NCBI RefSeq assembly: GCF_009914755.1
Contig: NC_060925.1
Length of the DNA stretch: 64,000 nucleotides
Reading direction: 5' to 3' (one strand)
Source: the human T2T-CHM13v2.0 reference genome, Homo sapiens
Below are positions 55,496 to 64,000 of the stretch, piece after piece. Position numbers and translations under genes: made by a program. The notes beneath the pieces are model-generated. The model did no database searches and was not told where the DNA came from. It saw only the letters and a list, made by a program, of their open reading frames with translations. Every line of letters begins with the position of its first letter. Positions within the stretch are counted from its first letter, which is position 1.

Positions 55496-57614
55496 TTTAG
55501 AGAGGAAAAAAAAATTATACCTTCCTTGCAGTATAGATTTAACTGTGTAATATCTCCAAGGACATGTTTTTCTAAAGTTTTTGTTCAGATTTGGAAGACT
55601 TTATGCCTCTCATAATTAGTAAAACTTTTAGTGTAGGGGCAGCATTGATTTTATAAGTGTTTTACATTGAAATAAGGAACCAGTTAGTAATTTTTGATCT
55701 CTTCAGAATATAATCAAACCTATAATACTGTGCCGAGGTCATGGTGTTGCTGTAATTGAAATCATCATAACAAAGTACTTAATGATAGTCAACGTTTATT
55801 AAACATCTGCGTGCTAAGCATTTTGCCAAGGACTTACTGGACAGTGGTACAAGATATTCTGCATGGCCTCTGTCTTTTGTAGCTTACGATCTGGTGAGGA
55901 GACTAATTAGACAACTAGACAAATCAATATGTATTATATCGTACCATTTCAGCTTCACAATATCCCTTTGAGTTGGTTGTTGTTGGTTACAGATGAGAGA
56001 GCTGAGGCTTAGAGAGTTAGGTGCCTACCTAAGATCACGTAGCCTAGTAAGTGCTAGAATTCCAGGTTTGAACTAAGGTGTGTCAAAACCAGAGTTCATA
56101 GTATTCATTAATTTATCCTGCTTTTGCTGTTTTCATTTATACTTGATTATACTCATTCTTGGCCTTTTAATTTCCTCCTGTCCCTCCTCCCCCACCAAAA
56201 AAAAGGGAAGGTAAGAGGTTCACCTGCCTTATATAGGTACTGAGCACCTACCATGCAGAATTCATTCCTTAAACCATTATAGAAAAGAAATCCCCATCAG
56301 TATTTCCAAGGACATTGCTGTTTCTCCTTTTTCAGGTCTTAATATAGGCATTATTTCCTCCCAGAAGCCTTCCTGGTAGCACCTGTACAGCATTTGTGCA
56401 GAGAAGGGTTAGGTGCCTTTCGTGTATGCCTCCACAATGCCCTGTATCTGCTTTTTATTATAGCACTTATTAAATTATATTGTGAATTCTTTTTTGTTAA
56501 TATTGCCACTGCAATTTTTTTGAGTAGTTAATACACCTCACAACATCACGCAGAGAATTAATGCCACATAATAGATATGTGGCATGTGTGTACACTATAG
56601 CAGCTTCTCTGCCCTCCCCCCATCCTGGTGTTGTCTTCTAACCCTCACAGGATAGTTGTACAGGGAAAACGTACAAAGTAATAATACAAGGTGGCAACCA
56701 TAAAATTTCTGAATATTTGAACCGAAGATGGAGAGGAGTTTTACTTTTTGTTCTTCTTTCCCTCTTTCTAAAATTGATTTTTTGAGAACCAAGATATTTG
56801 TTACTTTATATAACCCTTAACAAATCTGAAATATTCCTCTTTGGGAACATCTAGTATACTATATATAACCTGGCTTGCTCATACACTTGGGTTAAAAACA
56901 GCTTCTTGAGAAGGAAAAAAGAAGCTATTGCATTAAATGTATACATGAAAATATAGATATGATTTTCAGAAACACTCAGATATGAACATATATATATGTC
57001 AGAGTAGGGAACACATTAATTAAAACTTTGTTATTTTTACTTTGGGATGTTTAAAACTTGTTACAAAGTGTGAACTCAGGAATATGCTGCCTTTTTGAGT
57101 TTTGGCAGTTTAAAGCAGATAAAAACTTTTGAGAAGAAAAGACACTTTTTGCCATTATTGTGAAACAATATGATAGTACTTTCTGTGCTTAGACCTTCAA
57201 AACATGAAAAAGTAGAAAGTGCTCAGTTTAGGGAGTGAGGAACAGGGAGAGCAGTAGTGGATCTCAAAATTCATTGAATGCACTTAGGCCAAGTAAAGTG
57301 TTTCTCCATACCCCTAATTTTCTACTCTCAGTACTGAATGTCACTAACATTAGTACTATCCAAGCTATCAGTATTTGTGATTTTTTTTCCCCCTTCCAGA
57401 GCTTAATTGGTGTCCTCTTCAGAAACTTTAAAAACTAAGGTTGGGTGCGGTGGCTCACTCCTGTAATCGTAGCACTTTGGGAGGCCAAGGCAGGTGGATC
57501 ACCTGAGGTCAGGAGTTCAAGACCAGCCTGGCCAACATGGTACAACACTGTCTCTACTAAAAATACAGAAATTAGCTGAGTGTGGTGGTGCATGCCTGTA
57601 ATCCTAGCTACTCA

Positions 57615-57731
<117 letters not shown>

Positions 57732-57776
57732 CTAAAAGACTATTTGGAATAAGACAAGCTTCTCTGACCTTCTTTG

Positions 57777-57851
57777 GTTCATTGATTTGGTATAATAGTT
57801 CATTGGTATAATAGTTCATTTGGTATAATAGTTCATTGATTTGGTATAATA
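57777..57851. repeat. Tandem repeat, about 4 x TTGGTATAATAGTTCA(T) (16-20 bp)
   Basis: Direct inspection. Confidence 0.9.
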
Positions 57852-59412
57852 AATTATATATAGGTTTGTTTGTTTGTTTTTAATGTTACCAAACAAAGAA
57901 AAATCCAAGGCTGTCAGAAACTAAAGGATAGGACTTCAGGAGGCTGAGGCAGGGGAATCGCTTGAACCCTGGAGGCAGAGGTTTCAGTGAGCCCAGATCA
58001 TGCCACTGCACTCCAGCCTGGTGACAGAGCAAGACTCCATCTCAAAAAAAAAAAAAAACAAAACTAAGGGATGAGGGGTTTCAGAGACAGTTTCATACAA
58101 AGGTCAAATAAATAACCAGCTTTTTTTTTTTTTTTTGGTGGGGGGATGGTCTCACTGTGTTACTCAGGCTGGAGTGCAGTGGCACAGTCTTGGCTCACTG
58201 CAACCTACTGCCTCCTGGGTTCAAGCAATTCTCATGCCTCAGCCTCCTGAGTGGCTGGGATTATAGGCGCACCACCACATCTGGCTAATTTTTATATTTT
58301 TAGTAGAGACGGGGTTTCACCACATTGGCCAGGCTCGTCTCAAACTCCTGACCTCAGAAGTTCCACCTGCCTTGGCCTCCCAAAGTCCTGGGAGGATTAC
58401 AGGTGTGAGCCACTGCGCCTGGCCAATAACCAGCTTTTTGAAAGGAATTCTTAGGCAGACTTACAGAGTATCATCCAGAACCAAATTTCTGAAAATGTTT
58501 TATGTTCTGTAACATTTGAAAATATTTGAATGTGCTTGTTATTTGGTAATCTAGTTGAATGTAGTGACTGTGCTGTCACCTTTTCTTCCCCAATTGCATG
58601 AATCCATTGACAAAAGGATCTGTTTTATTTCTCAGAAACAACAGATTTTTTCCAGTTTATTTGGTAAGAAGTGTAACCAAAAAGCACTTTCCGATTCAGA
58701 TGCCCTAATTGTTCCAAGTTGCTTCATAGAGTTTTATAATAATATTCAGAGGACAGCTTCTGTCTTAATCAGGGTATAATTCAGCCTCCATGAAACCCTT
58801 CCTGTCTTTCCAGGTATAGTCAACCCTTTCTCTGTACTTTTACTGCTGTTAGCCTAAGTTGCTCTTCTATAATATGTTTTTCGCTATCTCATATCGTGGT
58901 GTATAATGGTAACTTATTAATCCAGTAGTCTGTTTTCAGTAGCTTATAAAGAGTCTTGACGGCTGGGAACATGTTTATTCGTTGTTTCTAGTTTATAGCA
59001 TGCTGATTCTCTGTGATGAGTTTGCTTAGAACCTATTAAATTTAAGAGGTACTGATTATTCCAGGTGGGATTGTTCTGCAGTAAGTTAGCTATAGGGAGC
59101 TAGGGCTTAGAGAAAGCTTAAGGCTGGGAATATAAATTTTGTAATTGGACACATAAGTTTTACTTTTTACATTTTCCTCTTCCTGGTTCTTGTTTTTTCT
59201 GAACCAGTTGTACAGAAAGAGGACCTAAAGTTAATGGCGGGCTCTTCCTGCAGTTCCTTCTTCCTCCAGCTAGAGCCTCAGGTGCCCATAGATAGACAGC
59301 TCTGAGTACACGAGAGTAAAAGGGAAGCACCATGTCCTATTCACTTTACCATTCCATAGCATCCTTCTCTCTCTCTTAGGGTCCTGTTCTTTTGGCTTTT
59401 TGTTTTGTTTTT

Positions 59413-59417
<5 letters not shown>

Positions 59418-59464
<47 letters not shown>
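59418..59464. repeat. (TG)23 microsatellite
   Basis: Perfect dinucleotide run. Confidence 0.97.
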
Positions 59465-59472
<8 letters not shown>

Positions 59473-59504
59473 CTATATATATATCACAAAATTTGCCATT
59501 TTAG

Positions 59505-59750
<246 letters not shown>

Positions 59751-59844
59751 TAGCCAGGATGGTCTTGATCTGCTGACCTCATGATCCGCCTGCCTTGGCC
59801 TCCCAAGTGCTGGATTACAGGCATGAGCCACCGCGCCTGGCCAG

Positions 59845-60210
59845 CTGTTTTTAACTATACAATTCATTGGCATACATCACAATGTTGGCCAAACATCACT
59901 ACTGTTCATCTCTAGAACTTTTTTCATTTCCCTCAACTGAAACTTGATACCCATTAAACAATAACTCCTTATTCCCCTCTACCCCAGCCCTTGGTAACCG
60001 CCAATCTACTTTCTATTTTATGGATTGCCTATTCTAGATGTTTCATATGAATAGAATCATGCAGTATTTGTCCTTTTGTGCCTGGAGGCCTGAAAACACT
60101 CACTTAACTTAGTGTTTTCAGGGTTCATCTAGGTCATAGTGTATCAGAACTTCACGGATTTATAGCTGAATAATATTCCATTGTATGCGTATACCACATT
60201 TTATCCATCC
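59845..60210 (-). mobile_element. L1MB-like 3' fragment
   Basis: CCCATTAAACAATAACTCC...CCCAGCCCTTGGTAACC...GCTGAATAATATTCCATTGTATG. Confidence 0.65.
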
Positions 60211-60332
60211 TTATTGGCATGTTTTGTATTTAAAAAGCTTTCTTCCCCTCAACATAAAAATATATTGCCGGATGAGTGCAGTGGTTCACACTTGTAATCC
60301 TAGCACTTTGGGAGGCTGAGGTGGTCGCATCA

Positions 60333-60599
<267 letters not shown>

Positions 60600-60668
60600 C
60601 TACTCAGGAGGCTGAGGCAGGAGAATTGGCTGGGCATGGTGGTGCACACCTGTAATCCTAGCTACTCA

Positions 60669-60773
<105 letters not shown>

Positions 60774-60939
60774 TCAAAAAAAAATATGTATCTGTATATC
60801 TATATAGATAATAGATATTGCCACTGTAGGAAATCAGGAATATAGAGAAAATGTCAAGAAGACAATATTCAACCATAATCCCTACCACCCAGAGAGAGCT
60901 ACTATTAGTCTTGTATTTAATCTTTCCCATCTTTATGTA

Positions 60940-60980
60940 CACTATATATATGCACTATATATATGCACTATATATATGCT

Positions 60981-61022
<42 letters not shown>
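60940..61022. repeat. (CACTATATATATG)3 followed by (AC)19
   Basis: Three perfect 13-mers at 60940-60978; AC run at 60985-61022. Confidence 0.95.
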
Positions 61023-61026
<4 letters not shown>

Positions 61027-61859
61027 GATTACAGCTAGATGTACAATTTAGAATTCTTTTTTTTGGCAGGTGCAATGACTCATGCCTGTAATTCCAACAC
61101 TTTGAGAGGCTGAGGTGGAAGGATTGCTTGAGGCCAGGAGTTTGAGACCAGCCTAGGTAACATCGTGAGATGCTGTCTCTACAAAAAAAAAAAAAAAAAA
61201 AAAAAAAAAGGCCAGGCTGGGTGGCTCAAGCCTGTAATCCCAGTACTTTGCGAGGCCAAGGCAGGTGGATCATGAGGTCAGGAGTTCAAGACCAGCTTGG
61301 CCGAGATGGTGAAACCCCGTCTCTACTAAAAATACAAAAATTAGCCGGGCGTGGTGGTGGGCGTCTGTAATCCCAGCTACTCAGGGGGCTGAGGCAGAGA
61401 ATTGCTTGAACCCAGGAGGCGGAGGTTGCAGTGAACTGAGATCGTGTCACTGCACTGCAGCCTGGGCAACAAAGCAAGACTCCATCTCAAAAAAAGAAAA
61501 AAATGTAATTCGCTGGGCATGATGGTGCATGCCTGTGATCCCAGCTACTCAGAGGGTGAGGCAGGAGGATACTTTGAGCCCAGGAGTTCTAGGCTGCAGT
61601 GAGCTGTGATCTCACCACTGCACTTCCAGCCTGGGTGACAGAGCAAGACCTTGTTTTTTTTTGTTTGTTTTGTTTGGTTTGGTTTTTTTTGTTTGTTTTT
61701 TGTTTTTTGAGATAGAGTCTCACTCTATGCCCAGGCTGGAGTGCAGTGGCACAGTCTTGGCTCACTGCAACCTCTGCTTCCCAGGTTCAAGCGATTCTCG
61801 TGCCTCAAACTCCCAAGTAGTAGCCGGGATTACAGGTGTGTGCCACCACAACCAGCTAA

Positions 61860-62033
<174 letters not shown>

Positions 62034-62270
62034 TAGTAGAGACGGGTTTCTCCATGTTGGTCAGGCTGGTCTTGAACTCCTGACCTCAGGTGATCCACCT
62101 GCCTCGGCCTCCCAAAGTGCTAGGATTACAGGTGTAAGCCACCACACCCAGCCCCATACCCAGCTAATTTTTGAATTTTTAGTAGAGATGGGGTTTCACT
62201 GTTTTGGCCAGGCTGGTCTTGAACTCCTGACCTCAGGTGATCCACCTGCCTCAGCTTCCCAAAGTGCTGA

Positions 62271-62561
<291 letters not shown>

Positions 62562-63322
62562 TAAAATAGCATTATATTATAAAAATTGTTTTATGTCATT
62601 AAAAAAACTCCTTTTAATCATGTGTAGGTATCTACATACATTCCAGTATATGGATATACTGTACTGTAATTTAACACTTTTTTATTATTTATTATACATT
62701 ATAATGTTTTGATAATAAAAGAATCATGTGATGAACTTTTCTATATATAAATATATCTCTCTGGGCCGGGCGCGGTGGCTCACGCCTGTAATCCCAGCAC
62801 TTTGGGAGGATCACGAGGTCTGGCCAACATGGTGAAACCCCATCTCTACAAAAATACAAAAATTAGCCGGGCGTGGTGGCACGCTCCTGTAGCCCCAGCT
62901 ACTCTCAGGAGGCTGAGGCAAGAGAATTGCTTGAACCCAAGAGGCAGAGGTTGCAGTGGGCCGAGATCGCACCACTACACTACAGCCTGCTGGGCAACAG
63001 AGTGAGACTACGTCTAAAAAAAAAAAAAAACCATATATATAAAATAATAAATAAAATATATTTTAAAATATATATTATATATAAATTATAGTAATTATAT
63101 ATTATATGTAAATAAATATTTTATATATTTGTATATAATAAAATATATGTATATTTTTATATATATAAATCTGAGTTCTTTCAACTCTCTTGTTGCCCAG
63201 GCTGAAGTGCGGTGGCGCGATCTTGGCTAACTGCAACCCCCACCTCCTGGGTTCAAGTGATTATCCTGCCTCAGCCTCCTGAGTAGCTGGGATTATAGGC
63301 AGGCGCCACCACACCCAGCTAA

Positions 63323-63460
<138 letters not shown>

Positions 63461-63596
63461 TAGATTCTTGAAAGTGTAGTTACTGGCTGAAAGAGCCATG
63501 AACATTTTTAGAACTCTTCATGCATTTTGTCAAATTGCTTTTCAGAAAGAATATGCCAGTTCACACTACCTACAGCATATATAAAGAGAATTCCTA

Positions 63597-63853
<257 letters not shown>

Positions 63854-64000
63854 TCAGGAGTTCGAGACTAGCCTGACCAATATGGTGAAACCCCATCTCT
63901 ACTAAAAATACAAAAATTAGCTAGGCGTGGTGGTGGCGCGTGACTCTAATCCCAGATACTCAGGAGGCTGAGGCAGGAGAATCGCTTGAACCCGTGAGGC

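Noticed and set aside
57777-57851. Short repeated units as a CRISPR-like array (also 1871-1959)
   Set aside because: Head-to-tail tandem repeats without unique spacers, in mammalian DNA.

Overview
Primate (human-like), very Alu-rich genomic DNA. From protein recognition it matches the TXNDC12 / KTI12 / BTF3L4 locus (human 1p32, from memory). The minus strand carries the complete 7-exon TXNDC12 CDS (ERp18/ERp19; 519 nt = 172 aa, CGAC active site, C-terminal EDEL). The intronless KTI12 gene (354 aa) is nested on the same strand in TXNDC12 intron 2. The plus strand carries the first three exons of BTF3L4 (NAC-beta paralogue), head-to-head with TXNDC12 across a CpG-island promoter; its later exons are not in the window. 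Most of the rest is interspersed repeat: dozens of Alus, MIR, L2, old L1, MLT1 LTRs, hAT MITEs and a near full-length, Alu-interrupted Tigger2. Almost all short ORFs in the track are repeat-derived. I see no evidence for a wholly new multi-gene system. The best unexplained signals are (1) a decayed genomic duplicate of TXNDC12 exon 4 just upstream of exon 3, (2) a candidate 102-nt in-frame cassette exon in BTF3L4 intron 2 that would insert 34 aa beside the RRKKK ribosome-binding motif, (3) a 20-nt orphan retro-insertion with A-tail and TSD, and (4) regulatory interplay of nested KTI12 with its host. Repeat subfamily names and boundaries are by eye and approximate.
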